Positions 48,517-58,072 are shown, counted from the first letter of the stretch. The stretch: DNA of 64,000 nucleotides from Bdellovibrionota bacterium (GCA_050950765.1 JBMNIF010000002.1:384001-448000); one strand, 5' to 3'. The notes: generated from the letters alone by a model not told the origin. Numbers and translations are program-made.

Positions 48517-50862
48517 ATGAACAGAGAAAATATCTATTCTTTTTTCTTGGCATATCTTGAGAACTCTCTTTCCCCAGATGAGCGAAAAAAATTTGATGAG
48601 ACCTTAGCCTCATCTGATAAGATACAGAAAGATTATCAAGATTTTGTCTGTACAGTTAACGCTCTAAAATCTATGTCTGACAAAACAGCTAAAGCGCCGC
48701 AAGGCTTTGACCTGTCCGTTATGCAGGCGATAGAAAAGATCTCTCCCTCACAGGCTCGTCCAACTCAAGCTGAAGAAAAGACTCGCCGCATAGATCCGAA
48801 AACTTTAAAGATTATCAAGATATTGGCAACAGTAGTTTTAGTTACGTTGACGATTACAACCTTTATCCTACTCGGAGGCACTAATATCCTTAACACTACT
48901 AAAGGTGCAGCCATAATAGTAATGCTTCTACTACTAACATTTATGTCTTCAAAGCTACCTAAAAAGATACGAGAAAGATCTTTTATCCCGTTAACACCAG
49001 CTCTCGGAAGTACTGCTGTAATTTTACTCCTAATGACCTACGTTCTGATGCCTCTTGGCATAAGCACTTTTCAAGACTCCTCTCAACAGAGAGCTATTTT
49101 AAGTGGAGAAACTTTTAGTGATGCAAATAAAGCTTTAAGTGATCTTCATTTTTCCAATACCTTCTCTAAGAGCGCTAGTCATGATGAGAAAAAAGATGTC
49201 GCTAGCAATTATAAAGATAAGAAGGCGCTCCCAGAAAAAAGATCTCCCTTAACGTTTAATTCCTATCAAGAGATAGACACACAACAGAGCGCTCAAAGCC
49301 TTCAAAAAATGGCGGTGGACACAGCAAAAAATGATGCTCAAGTTAGTGTGATAATGAAAGAGGAGGAAAATTTAGTAGGAGCTGCAAGATCTGACAGCGC
49401 AGCAGAGCTTAACACCTCTACACCCACAAAAATAGAACCTATCCAGAATAATCAAGAGGAGCATAGCGCCTCAGGCTTTAAAATCGTAGCAAAAGAGCCC
49501 CTTTCTACATTTTCAATTGATGTTGATGCAGCATCGTATTTAGATGTCAGACGTTTTTTAAATCGCAATCAGAAGCCGCCGCAAGAAGCGGTCCGTATTG
49601 AAGAGCTTATCAACTACTTTAAGTATGATTTAGCAACTCCCAAAACAAAAGAGGTTCCTTTTGCGATAACAACAGAGCTCGCACAAGCTCCTTGGGCTAA
49701 AAGTCATCAACTACTACGGATCGGAGTAAAGGGCTATGTCGGAGATGATAAAGAGCTACCTGCTAATAATTTAGTGTTCTTAATTGACACCTCTGAATCG
49801 ATGCTTAGCTTTGATAAACTACCACTTCTAAAACAGGGGCTATCATTTTTAGCAACACACCTTCGACCCCAAGATCACATCTCTATTGTAACTTATGCTG
49901 GTTCTACGGGTGTAGAGCTCTCTCCTACAAGTGGAGGAGATAAGGGCAAGATCTTAGCAGCGATAAACAATCTTCAAGCAGAGGGAGATACAGCGGAAGG
50001 GGGTGCTCTCGACCTCGCTTATCAGGCAGCTAGAGATAGTTTTATAACAGGCGGTAATAACCGTATTATCTTAGCCACTGATAATGATTTTAATGTAGGA
50101 GTTTCCAACACCTCTGAACTAATCAAAATAGTAGAAGAGAGGTGTAAATCCGGCATCTCTTTAAGTGTACTCGCTTTCGGTGCTGATAATTATAAGGACG
50201 GCAGAATAAAACAGTTAGCGGATAAAGGTAACGGCGCTTACGCTTATATCGACAACATCTTTGAAGCTAAAAAAGTTTTAGTTGAAGATATAACAACTAC
50301 CCTCTTTACCATTGCGAAAGATGTAAAGATTCAGATCGAATTTAATCCTACTTATGCTCAAGCTTATAGGTTACTAGGTTATGAAGAGCAGCTACCGACG
50401 GATGAACATTTTATCGATAATGACACTGGAGAGGTAAAAGCAGGTCACTCCGTAACAGCACTTTATGAGATAATTCCTGTTGGAGTTGAGTTAGGTGCAG
50501 CAGAAAGAGGTGATGAATTGAAGTCTCAAGAAGCGAGTTCTCTTCCCTCGAAAGAGGCATTAGACTCAGCCTCTAACGGGGGGCTAGCAACGATAAAGCT
50601 ACATTACAAACTTCCGAATGAAGGTGTAAGTAAATATATTGTGCAGACACTCTCTTCAAAAGTGGTAGAGAAGCCCTCTAACGATTTCCGTTTAGCTGCT
50701 GCTGTCGCAGAGTTCGGAATGTTACTACAAGACTCTCCGTTTAAAGGCACAGCTTCTTTCGCCGAAGCCTCTGCGCTAGTAAAATCAATAAACACCACTA
50801 CCGAAGTGGAGGTAAGAACAGAGCTTATCAGACTGATTGAGATCGGTCAGTTGCTCAACTAA
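48517..50862 (+). CDS. Putative anti-sigma fused to TM helices and a YfbK-type vWA/DUF3520 module
   Basis: N-terminal AYLENSLSPDERKKFDE anti-sigma-like segment; about 3 TM helices; PLSTFSIDVDAASY, VRIEELINYF, NLVFLIDTSESM, TIAKDVKIQIEFNP, GHSVTALYEI, AVAEFGMLL. Confidence 0.85.
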   Translation: MNRENIYSFFLAYLENSLSPDERKKFDETLASSDKIQKDYQDFVCTVNALKSMSDKTAKAPQGFDLSVMQAIEKISPSQARPTQAEEKTRRIDPKTLKIIKILATVVLVTLTITTFILLGGTNILNTTKGAAIIVMLLLLTFMSSKLPKKIRERSFIPLTPALGSTAVILLLMTYVLMPLGISTFQDSSQQRAILSGETFSDANKALSDLHFSNTFSKSASHDEKKDVASNYKDKKALPEKRSPLTFNSYQEIDTQQSAQSLQKMAVDTAKNDAQVSVIMKEEENLVGAARSDSAAELNTSTPTKIEPIQNNQEEHSASGFKIVAKEPLSTFSIDVDAASYLDVRRFLNRNQKPPQEAVRIEELINYFKYDLATPKTKEVPFAITTELAQAPWAKSHQLLRIGVKGYVGDDKELPANNLVFLIDTSESMLSFDKLPLLKQGLSFLATHLRPQDHISIVTYAGSTGVELSPTSGGDKGKILAAINNLQAEGDTAEGGALDLAYQAARDSFITGGNNRIILATDNDFNVGVSNTSELIKIVEERCKSGISLSVLAFGADNYKDGRIKQLADKGNGAYAYIDNIFEAKKVLVEDITTTLFTIAKDVKIQIEFNPTYAQAYRLLGYEEQLPTDEHFIDNDTGEVKAGHSVTALYEIIPVGVELGAAERGDELKSQEASSLPSKEALDSASNGGLATIKLHYKLPNEGVSKYIVQTLSSKVVEKPSNDFRLAAAVAEFGMLLQDSPFKGTASFAEASALVKSINTTTEVEVRTELIRLIEIGQLLN

Positions 50863-50894
50863 CGGCTTAATTGATGGCACGCCCCACCCGATCC

Positions 50895-51068
50895 CTCCAC
50901 CCTTTAGGGGTAGCAGAACGGGCTGCATCTGCAAAACAGAACTAGCTAGATCTGTACGGAGGTGAACCTGCTGCACCCATTAGGGACACCTGAACGGGCT
51001 GATACTGAAAGGCGAATCGGTTAGGTTTCTACGGAGGTCAAAAATTTGGTGCCACCCACCAGTGCAGA
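50895..51068 (-). repeat. Dispersed copy of array elements: 2 A modules plus a core
   Basis: ACGGGCTG at 50918 and 50994 (76-bp period); GGTGCCACCCACCAGTGCAGA at about 51048. Confidence 0.88.
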
Positions 51069-51220
51069 GACTCCCTAAGAATATAGATTAAAAGAAAAAC
51101 AATTTGCGAATAAGGGTAATTCAACACCGCAAACTCTTCTTGAAAGATTTTACAACTAAAGTATTTAAGGCTTAATAATATTAAAATATTAGCGGAAGAT
51201 AGATAGCAGCTATCTTACTT

Positions 51221-52219
51221 TTACAATTCGATTTTTTTTAGTAGCTCTACAAAGAAAGCGTCTTCAGGTTGTACTTTTGTTGTAGTTTTTAAAATATAGA
51301 TACCATCTGCATCTTGTGGAAGAATTTTTACACCGTCTTTTTCCGTGCAGACCAACTTCGCACCAAGATACTTTTTCTTTAGATCTTCAATGTTTTTTGA
51401 GGTAAAGGCATAGTGATCACGAAAAGACTCCTTTGCCAGTAATGAAAACCCCAGATCATTTAATGTATCAAAGAACCTCTCCGGCTTAGCGATAGCGCAG
51501 AAAGCCACAACACCTCCCTTTTCAAGGCAAGACTTACCATCTTTTAATGAGACAACCTCTTCCGGTTTTAAATAAGACCTGAAGATGGGTAGCCCTTGCG
51601 GTATAACTTTAAATAAACGTGGGTCTAAACTCGGTAACGATGTATAATAACGTCTTGAAGCAAAAACTATCAGGTCGGCACGACGTAAGGCTTTCTCGCG
51701 TGGCTCTCTGAAACGCCCTTCAGGTAAGATCTTCCCCTGTAAGAAATCTTCAACGGCATCTGCACTTCCAACATCAATAGAAACTATATTGAGAGAGCGT
51801 CGCAAACGTCTATGTTGAAAACCGTCATCCAAGATCACAACCTGCCCTAAATTACGCTCTTTAATATACTGCGCACCTTTTAGACGGTCTCTACAGATAA
51901 CGACAGGAACATTAGCACGTCTAAACATTAAGAGAGCTTCATCTCCAACTTGCTGCGGAGTTTCTGTGCCACAAATGGCGTGCGGTCCACGCATCTTTCC
52001 GCCGTAACCTCTGGAGAGGATAACAGGTGTGTAGCCACGTTTTTTAAGCTCCTCTGCAATCATAATACAGAGGGGAGTTTTAGCATTACCCCCTGCAGTA
52101 ACATTTCCTACACTAATAACAGGGAGATCAACGCCGTAACTTTTTAAGATATTTTTATCATAAAGGATATTTCTTAACGTTACGACACCAGCATAAACTT
52201 TTGATAGAAGGTGCAACAT
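51221..52219 (-). CDS. lpxK: Tetraacyldisaccharide 4'-kinase
   Basis: PVISVGNVTAGGNAKTP, ILSRGYGG, GDEA, ILDDGFQH, LPEGRFRE, CTEKDGVK. Confidence 0.95.
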   Translation of the reverse strand: MLHLLSKVYAGVVTLRNILYDKNILKSYGVDLPVISVGNVTAGGNAKTPLCIMIAEELKKRGYTPVILSRGYGGKMRGPHAICGTETPQQVGDEALLMFRRANVPVVICRDRLKGAQYIKERNLGQVVILDDGFQHRRLRRSLNIVSIDVGSADAVEDFLQGKILPEGRFREPREKALRRADLIVFASRRYYTSLPSLDPRLFKVIPQGLPIFRSYLKPEEVVSLKDGKSCLEKGGVVAFCAIAKPERFFDTLNDLGFSLLAKESFRDHYAFTSKNIEDLKKKYLGAKLVCTEKDGVKILPQDADGIYILKTTTKVQPEDAFFVELLKKIEL

Positions 52220-52220
52220 C

Positions 52221-53501
52221 TCACTTCCTCCCAGCAATTAAAGTTTGTAACTCCTGCACGATTCTAAGACACGCCCCTCGATGTTGTTTCCAAACGGATT
52301 GCGCAGCTTTACCCATTGTTTTTAAAGATGGATCCGATAATTTTTTCAGAAGTTGTGTAGCCTCCTCTTTATTATGAAGCCAAAAGAGTCCGCCACCTTT
52401 ATCCAGATCCTCAGCAACGTTATCAATATTTTCACAGTGTCGTCCAAGCACGATAGGCACACCGTAAGCCGCTGCTTCAAGGGGGTTGTGTCCTCCGATA
52501 CCGGCAACAAGGGTTCCTCCGATAAATGCTAAGTCTGCAAAGGAATAAACCTTCTCCAACTCGCCCAATGTATCAAGTAGATATACAGAGGAGTTACACG
52601 GTTGCCCCTCCTCCTTTAGTTCAGAACGACGCTCAAATTCAATTCCGTACTCACTTAACTTACTCGCAAAATAATTCATCTTCTCTTGATGACGTGGAGC
52701 TACAACGATTGAAAGATCTTCTATACCTGAAAAACTTTTTAAAGCAGGAAACCAGACCTCCTCCTCCTTCGGTCTTAAACTACCCAAGACCAAAACAGGC
52801 TTATCTGCAACAAAGAAACTTCTTTTTAACTCCTTAGCGCTCTCACGATCGGGGACACTTGGTGTGGTGTCATATTTGGCATTACCGTTTACAAGAACGA
52901 TCTCCGCAGAAGCTCCACAAGCGATAAAACGTTCCCGATATTTTTCGTTAATAACAAAGAGTTTCGTCAAACGAGAGAGACACTGTCTAAGCACCTCTCT
53001 AAAAAAAGGCTTCCTCCAAAACCTTTCCGAGCTTTCAGAAAGACGTCCATTTACTAAGAGTAACGGCACATCTTTATGCGCTAGATATCGAAAAAGCGCA
53101 GGCCAGATCTCTGTTTCTCCAAATACGAAAGCTTTGATCTTTATACCTTTTAATGCTTGACGTATCCACAAAACATTATCGAAAGGGAGGAGACGTTGAT
53201 AATCTGTTTTTCCCGTAGCGATATCTAATCCAGTTGGTGAAGTTACAGTCAGTAACGTTTTTAAATTTGGGAACGCCTCCTTGCAGGCAGCGATAATCGG
53301 TAGCAGCCCCAAGACCTCACCCACAGAAGCACCGTGAAACCATAACACCTCATCGCTCTGTAAGCTCCAACATCCAAACCTTTCAGATAATCTGCGCCGC
53401 CCACGTGGATGGCACAGGAATCCCAGCGCTGCTAATGGTGGAAGTAAAACCCCAAGAGTCTCGTATAAGGTTAAAGCTATATTGCGCGAAGTGTTTTTCA
53501 T
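52221..53501 (-). CDS. waaA: Kdo transferase
   Basis: LWFHGASVGEV, ETEIWP, NGRLS, GNAKYD, VAPRH, DTLGEL, GGHNPLE. Confidence 0.95.
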   Translation of the reverse strand: MKNTSRNIALTLYETLGVLLPPLAALGFLCHPRGRRRLSERFGCWSLQSDEVLWFHGASVGEVLGLLPIIAACKEAFPNLKTLLTVTSPTGLDIATGKTDYQRLLPFDNVLWIRQALKGIKIKAFVFGETEIWPALFRYLAHKDVPLLLVNGRLSESSERFWRKPFFREVLRQCLSRLTKLFVINEKYRERFIACGASAEIVLVNGNAKYDTTPSVPDRESAKELKRSFFVADKPVLVLGSLRPKEEEVWFPALKSFSGIEDLSIVVAPRHQEKMNYFASKLSEYGIEFERRSELKEEGQPCNSSVYLLDTLGELEKVYSFADLAFIGGTLVAGIGGHNPLEAAAYGVPIVLGRHCENIDNVAEDLDKGGGLFWLHNKEEATQLLKKLSDPSLKTMGKAAQSVWKQHRGACLRIVQELQTLIAGRK

Positions 53502-53551
53502 GAAGCATATCTTTAATTTTGTAGCAACGTATAACCTTTTTGAACAAAAGA

Positions 53552-53812
53552 GCGTAAAAGGCAAGAGTATCTATTTTTTTTCTTTAATTTTTTACCCTCT
53601 TTCTCTGAAACCACGCCCCGATTGAGTGCGGGGAAAAAGCGTAGAAGGCAAGAGTATCTATTTTTTTCTTTAAATTTTTATCTTTCTTTCTCTAAAACCA
53701 TGCTCCGATTGAGTGCGGGGAAAAAAACGTAAAAGGCAAGAGTAGCTATTTTTTCTTTAAATATTTACCTTTCTTTCTCTGAAACCATGCTCCGATTGAG
53801 TGCGGAAAAAAA
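53552..53812. repeat. 87-88-bp tandem repeat, 3 copies, duplicating the 3' end of ORF 53746..54009
   Basis: GGCAAGAGTA at 53560, 53647 and 53735; CCGATTGAGTGCGG in each copy. Confidence 0.9.
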
Positions 53813-54009
53813 TATGCTAATACGAAAAGGTAACCCGCCTGCATCGAGTTCAGGTCGTAATCAATCCATGCATAGATTAAAAAAAGTGCTAGAACGGCGA
53901 GCCCGATCTTTAATTTCATCTTAGCATCAGTAACAACAGCACCAACACCACAAGCTCCCATCGCCACAAGCAATAAAAGTCTTAGGTTTCCATTCTCCAT
54001 TACAATCAC
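53746..54009 (-). CDS. Small membrane protein (about 3 TM)
   Basis: 87-aa hydrophobic ORF starting 5 bp after the stop of 54015..54710. Confidence 0.6.
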   Translation of the reverse strand: MIVMENGNLRLLLLVAMGACGVGAVVTDAKMKLKIGLAVLALFLIYAWIDYDLNSMQAGYLFVLAYFFPHSIGAWFQRKKGKYLKKK

Positions 54010-54014
54010 CTAAA

Positions 54015-54710
54015 TTATTTTATTCTATTTGCAAGATAAACTGTTTCCGGCCCGATACAGGTCATCTGTGCAAACTCTAAAGATTCGATATCTTCAAAAA
54101 TTTCAGCAACCACCGTTTCTAATTTCGGCATAGGTTTATTAAGTAGTAATTTACTTAGCTTTTCCTCTTGGTGTAAAGTAAGTGTTTCTGAAAAAACAAA
54201 GACTATATCCCCGTTTGCACCTTTTACTTCAGCTGTTTCAACGGTAACGCGAGAGTTTGTCCCGATACAGGTATCTGCCGATTCCTTAGCAAGAAAGAAG
54301 GGAAAAATCGTGCCGTTCCTGTATAAGTATGCGCTTAACGCTCCCACTCTAGCAGCAGAAACATCTCCAGCTTCAATCACAAGTGCAATAATTGCGGCAG
54401 CCAGTCTACCACCTGCCGCCAGTTTATGTCCGAAATTATACACTGCCTCGTTAGCGCAGCGTAGCGACTGCTCCAAGAGACGACTTCTATCTGCCTGATC
54501 CTCTTCATAACTATCAAGTATGGCTTCCGTAAAATGTTCAAGACTAAGACGCGCTGCGATCTGACTACCTAAACTTGATTTAACAGCCACAGATCCCGCC
54601 AGAACCAACCTACCTGGTTTTAATCCTGCATTAAATGAGGTGTAAGAGGAGGTATCTAGTACCGTTTTCTTCCCTCTAAAAAAGGTGCTATCAAGTTTCG
54701 TTAGTGCCAT
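54015..54710 (-). CDS. PP2C-fold protein lacking catalytic aspartates (probable pseudo-phosphatase)
   Basis: GSQIAARLSLE, LRCANEAVY, AARVGALSAYLYRNG, GDIVFVFSETL follow the PP2C motif order without the DG/GDS/SDG residues. Confidence 0.6.
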   Translation of the reverse strand: MALTKLDSTFFRGKKTVLDTSSYTSFNAGLKPGRLVLAGSVAVKSSLGSQIAARLSLEHFTEAILDSYEEDQADRSRLLEQSLRCANEAVYNFGHKLAAGGRLAAAIIALVIEAGDVSAARVGALSAYLYRNGTIFPFFLAKESADTCIGTNSRVTVETAEVKGANGDIVFVFSETLTLHQEEKLSKLLLNKPMPKLETVVAEIFEDIESLEFAQMTCIGPETVYLANRIK

Positions 54711-54779
54711 AAGATATTAAATTATAGACAAAAAGTTCAGGTATTACCCAGATATCATAGAATAAAGTCTATAAATATC

Positions 54780-55077
54780 GCCACCCTTTAAGGACAATAA
54801 AGCGGGCTGTAACTGAAAAGCGAATCGGCTAGATCTCTACGAAGGTAAAAACCCTTTAAGGATAATTAAGACGGGCTGATACTAAAAAATAAATTAGCTA
54901 GATCTCTACGAAGGTAAAAAACCTTTAATGACGATAAAGCGGGCTGTAACTAAAAAGCGAATTAGCTAGATCTTCACGGAGGTTAAAAACCCTCTAAGGA
55001 CGGTAGGACGGGCTGATACTAAAAAATAAATTAGCTAGATCTTTACGAAGGTAAAAAATGTCACCCACCAGTGACAG
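54780..55077 (-). repeat. Four tandem A-type modules (68-69 bp) lacking internal cores
   Basis: AGATCT at 54831, 54900, 54968 and 55037; core remnants only at the flanks (GCCACCC at 54780, TGTCACCCACCAGT at 55059). Confidence 0.9.
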
Positions 55078-55146
55078 TAGAACAGGTTATTTTTATAAAA
55101 AAACAGAGCGTTAACAACACCTTACATTTTTAAAACATTTTTCTAC

Positions 55147-55173
55147 TAAAGTTGGTTCTTTTATTGTCGATAC
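55147..55173 (+). promoter_or_regulatory. Sigma28 (FliA)-type promoter
   Basis: TAAA-N15-GTCGATAC against the consensus TAAA-N15-GCCGATAA, about 55 bp before the ATG at 55228. Confidence 0.6.
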
Positions 55174-55227
55174 TCTTATTTGTGTCAAGGATATCTAAGA
55201 TATCCCTCAATGATAAGGAGAAACAAC

Positions 55228-55878
55228 ATGGATAGTTTAATTTCTCTCGCTACGGATGGTGTCGATAAAAAAGCAGCTGCTACCACAAAGATGCACAGGC
55301 ATATAAATAACGGTAAAAGTGGTGTCGATGCTGCTATCATACAGAACTTAAGTGCTAACAATTCAGATTCAGTTAATCTCAATTTTCAAGACCTCTACAA
55401 AAGCCTCTCCATTGAAGCTCAAGAGATACTCAACGCTATCAATAAAGAGTTAGGCAGTGCCAATGAAGTGCACACTTTAAAACCTGAAGAGTCCACTCCT
55501 GAAGCTACGGCAGAGCGTATAGTTTCAGGAGTAACAGGACTTTTTTCAGCATACAAAACTTCGAACAATAAACTCGACGATGAAGAGGTGCTCGAGGGAT
55601 TTATGAAGGCTGTCCGACGTGGCGTTAAACAAGGTTATGATGAAGCCTTTAAAATTTTAGATGGTCTCGGTGCCTTTCAATACGACGGCGTACAGAGCGG
55701 TGTTGAAAAAACTTTAGAATTAGTTAATCAAAAGTTAGATAATTTTGAGAAGACGATGCGTCAACAATTAGGCATCACCGCCACAGATGCCTCTGTTAGC
55801 GAATCAGCTTCTACTCTCACTCGCACAGAAAGCCTCTTACAAGGAGGTGCCTCACTATCGAAAGGGGCAGCTTCCTAA
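55228..55878 (+). CDS. DUF5610-like protein
   Basis: TPEATAERIVSGVTGLF..Y, GVKQGYDEAFKILDGLG, VEKTLELV..KLDNF; AAGGAG RBS before 55228. Confidence 0.7.
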   Translation: MDSLISLATDGVDKKAAATTKMHRHINNGKSGVDAAIIQNLSANNSDSVNLNFQDLYKSLSIEAQEILNAINKELGSANEVHTLKPEESTPEATAERIVSGVTGLFSAYKTSNNKLDDEEVLEGFMKAVRRGVKQGYDEAFKILDGLGAFQYDGVQSGVEKTLELVNQKLDNFEKTMRQQLGITATDASVSESASTLTRTESLLQGGASLSKGAAS

Positions 55879-55981
55879 ATAAATAAAAAATTATCTTTAT
55901 ATTTTATGCCTAAACATCCATTCTGCGGATGGTGAAAGAGCGTCATGCCACACTACACCTCTTTCACCGTTCGCACTTTTT

Positions 55982-56512
55982 TTATGCCGTGCAGATATTA
56001 TCGTTTAACAGAAAGATCTTAAGGGTATTAAGCACCGTATAAGCAGAAAGAAAACGAATTTTTGTTCTATCGCCTTCAAAAAAGTAGCTCTTGGCGTACG
56101 TACTACCTTCTGAAGAGAATCCGATACAGACGGTTCCAACACGTTTATCTTTCGTCCCTCCATCAGGCCCTGCTAGCCCCGTAACGGAAAAAGCTATATC
56201 AGCATCAAGCACCCCTCTCGCTCCCAAAGCCATCTGCTCTGCACACTGCACACTAACTGCTCCGTAATTTTTTAAAACATCTTCGGAAACATTTAAGATC
56301 TTTTTTTTCACTTCATTACAATACGAGACGATACCACCTTTAAAATACTTTGAAGCGCCTACTTCTGATACGATTAAGTTCGAAAGTAATCCACCGGAAC
56401 AAGATTCCGCAAAGCCTAAACTTAATTCCGACTTAAGTAAGAGGGTATGCGTTTCCTTAATAAGATCTTGAGAAAAGCCGCACTCCATAGGGGTATAAAA
56501 GTTCTGCTCCAT
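55982..56512 (-). CDS. CinA C-terminal / PncC NMN amidohydrolase family
   Basis: AESCSGGLL, GASKYFKGGIVSY, GAVS, VTGLAGPDGG..VGTV. Confidence 0.9.
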   Translation of the reverse strand: MEQNFYTPMECGFSQDLIKETHTLLLKSELSLGFAESCSGGLLSNLIVSEVGASKYFKGGIVSYCNEVKKKILNVSEDVLKNYGAVSVQCAEQMALGARGVLDADIAFSVTGLAGPDGGTKDKRVGTVCIGFSSEGSTYAKSYFFEGDRTKIRFLSAYTVLNTLKIFLLNDNICTA

Positions 56513-56612
56513 CTGTAATATTTCGCCTTTTTTTCGTGTTCTTTTAAACTTTAAATATATAAAACACCTACTCCATCTCTAGTATTTTTTATACTAAATG
56601 ATCTTCATATCT

Positions 56613-57857
56613 TTATCTGAGTATTTTTTTTGCGTACCGAATAGCCTCCAACAACTGTTCGATATCTGCCAGATCTGAATAAACAGCAAGGCTAATCCTA
56701 GCTGTGGCAGAGATACCGAACCGTTTCATGGCTGGCATCGCACAGTGATGTCCCACCCTAAGTTGCACATTTAAATAATCTGCCGCAGTTGCAAAGTCGA
56801 ACGGATGAACTCCTTTTAAATTAAAAGAGATGATCGATGCTTGAGAGGGTTTAACATCTCCTGTCGCAGCTGGACCATACAAGATAACGCCATCTTCTTT
56901 TTTTAACAGATCCACACTTTGCATAAAAAGGTTTTCTTCATAAGTAGAGATGGCTTGTACTCCTAACGTTTCTAGATACTCCAAAGCGCAACCTAACCCG
57001 ATCGCTTCAACGATAGCAGGGGTGCCTGCTTCAAATCTGTACGGTGGATCGGCATAAGTTGAAGTTTTAAGTGTGACCTTCTCGATCATATCCCCGCCAC
57101 CAAAAAAAGGGGGTAGCTCTTGTAATAGTTCCGATTTTCCGTAGAGGACTCCGATCCCGTTTGGCCCATAAGCCTTATGACCGGAGAAAACTAAAAAATC
57201 AGGATTAAGCTCTTGCACATCTATCTTTAAATGCGCCACTGCTTGCGCTGCATCAACCAACACCAAGCAACCACGCTTATGGGCTTCTTTACAGATATCA
57301 GCGATCGGGAAGACACTTCCAAAAGCGTTTGAAATATATGTAACGGAGAGAAGTTTCGGCTTAAAGGTATCTAATTTTTTTATCAGATCATCAAAATCAA
57401 AAGAGGCATCGTCCTTAACATCAACAAACTCCAACTTAACCCCTTTTCGTTTTGAGAGAAGTTGCCACGGCACGATATTACTGTGGTGCTCAAGAACACT
57501 TAAAAGCACGGTATCAGCAGGAGTAAAGCGCTCACCTAAGGTATGCGCTATTAAGTTAAGCCCCTCCGTTGCACCGTGTGTAAATACAATATTATCAGGA
57601 GAAGGTGCATTTAAAAATGCAGCAACTTTTTCTCTAGCACCTTCATAGTCCTCAGTTATTTTAAGACTTAGCTCATAAGCACCCCTATGAATATTGGCGT
57701 ACTCATGCGCATAATACTGCGTCATTTTATCGATCACTACTTGCGGTTTTTGTGCACTAGCAGCGGTATCAAGATACGCCATGCGTTTATTAGCAGCAGC
57801 AAAAATGGGGAAATCATCTCTAATTTTTTCTCCGAAAGCTTTAACTTCTTTATTCAT
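56613..57857 (-). CDS. sufS: SufS-type cysteine desulfurase
   Basis: YLDTAASAQKP, ANIHRG, EHHSNIVPW, FSGHK, FEAGTP, RVGHHCA. Confidence 0.93.
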   Translation of the reverse strand: MNKEVKAFGEKIRDDFPIFAAANKRMAYLDTAASAQKPQVVIDKMTQYYAHEYANIHRGAYELSLKITEDYEGAREKVAAFLNAPSPDNIVFTHGATEGLNLIAHTLGERFTPADTVLLSVLEHHSNIVPWQLLSKRKGVKLEFVDVKDDASFDFDDLIKKLDTFKPKLLSVTYISNAFGSVFPIADICKEAHKRGCLVLVDAAQAVAHLKIDVQELNPDFLVFSGHKAYGPNGIGVLYGKSELLQELPPFFGGGDMIEKVTLKTSTYADPPYRFEAGTPAIVEAIGLGCALEYLETLGVQAISTYEENLFMQSVDLLKKEDGVILYGPAATGDVKPSQASIISFNLKGVHPFDFATAADYLNVQLRVGHHCAMPAMKRFGISATARISLAVYSDLADIEQLLEAIRYAKKILR

Positions 57858-58072
57858 AATCTCTCATCACATAAAAAGAGTTACCTGACAGACTCTTCAA
57901 GCATAAGGCGTTGTGCACCCTTCTTTATACACAACTTTTAAGTATATCTCACAGACTCTCTTTCTTGATAATATTCAGCTATGCTAATAATGTAAAATCA
58001 AAGTTTTTGTAACAAAAATCCGATTTTAAAAAAAACAAGGTTAGAACAAACCTCAACAACCAACAGGGTGCA

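Noticed and set aside
53552..53812. DGR template/variable repeat pair at a gene 3' end
   Set aside because: The copies are directly tandem, differ by indels and by changes not restricted to adenines, and no reverse transcriptase is in the window.
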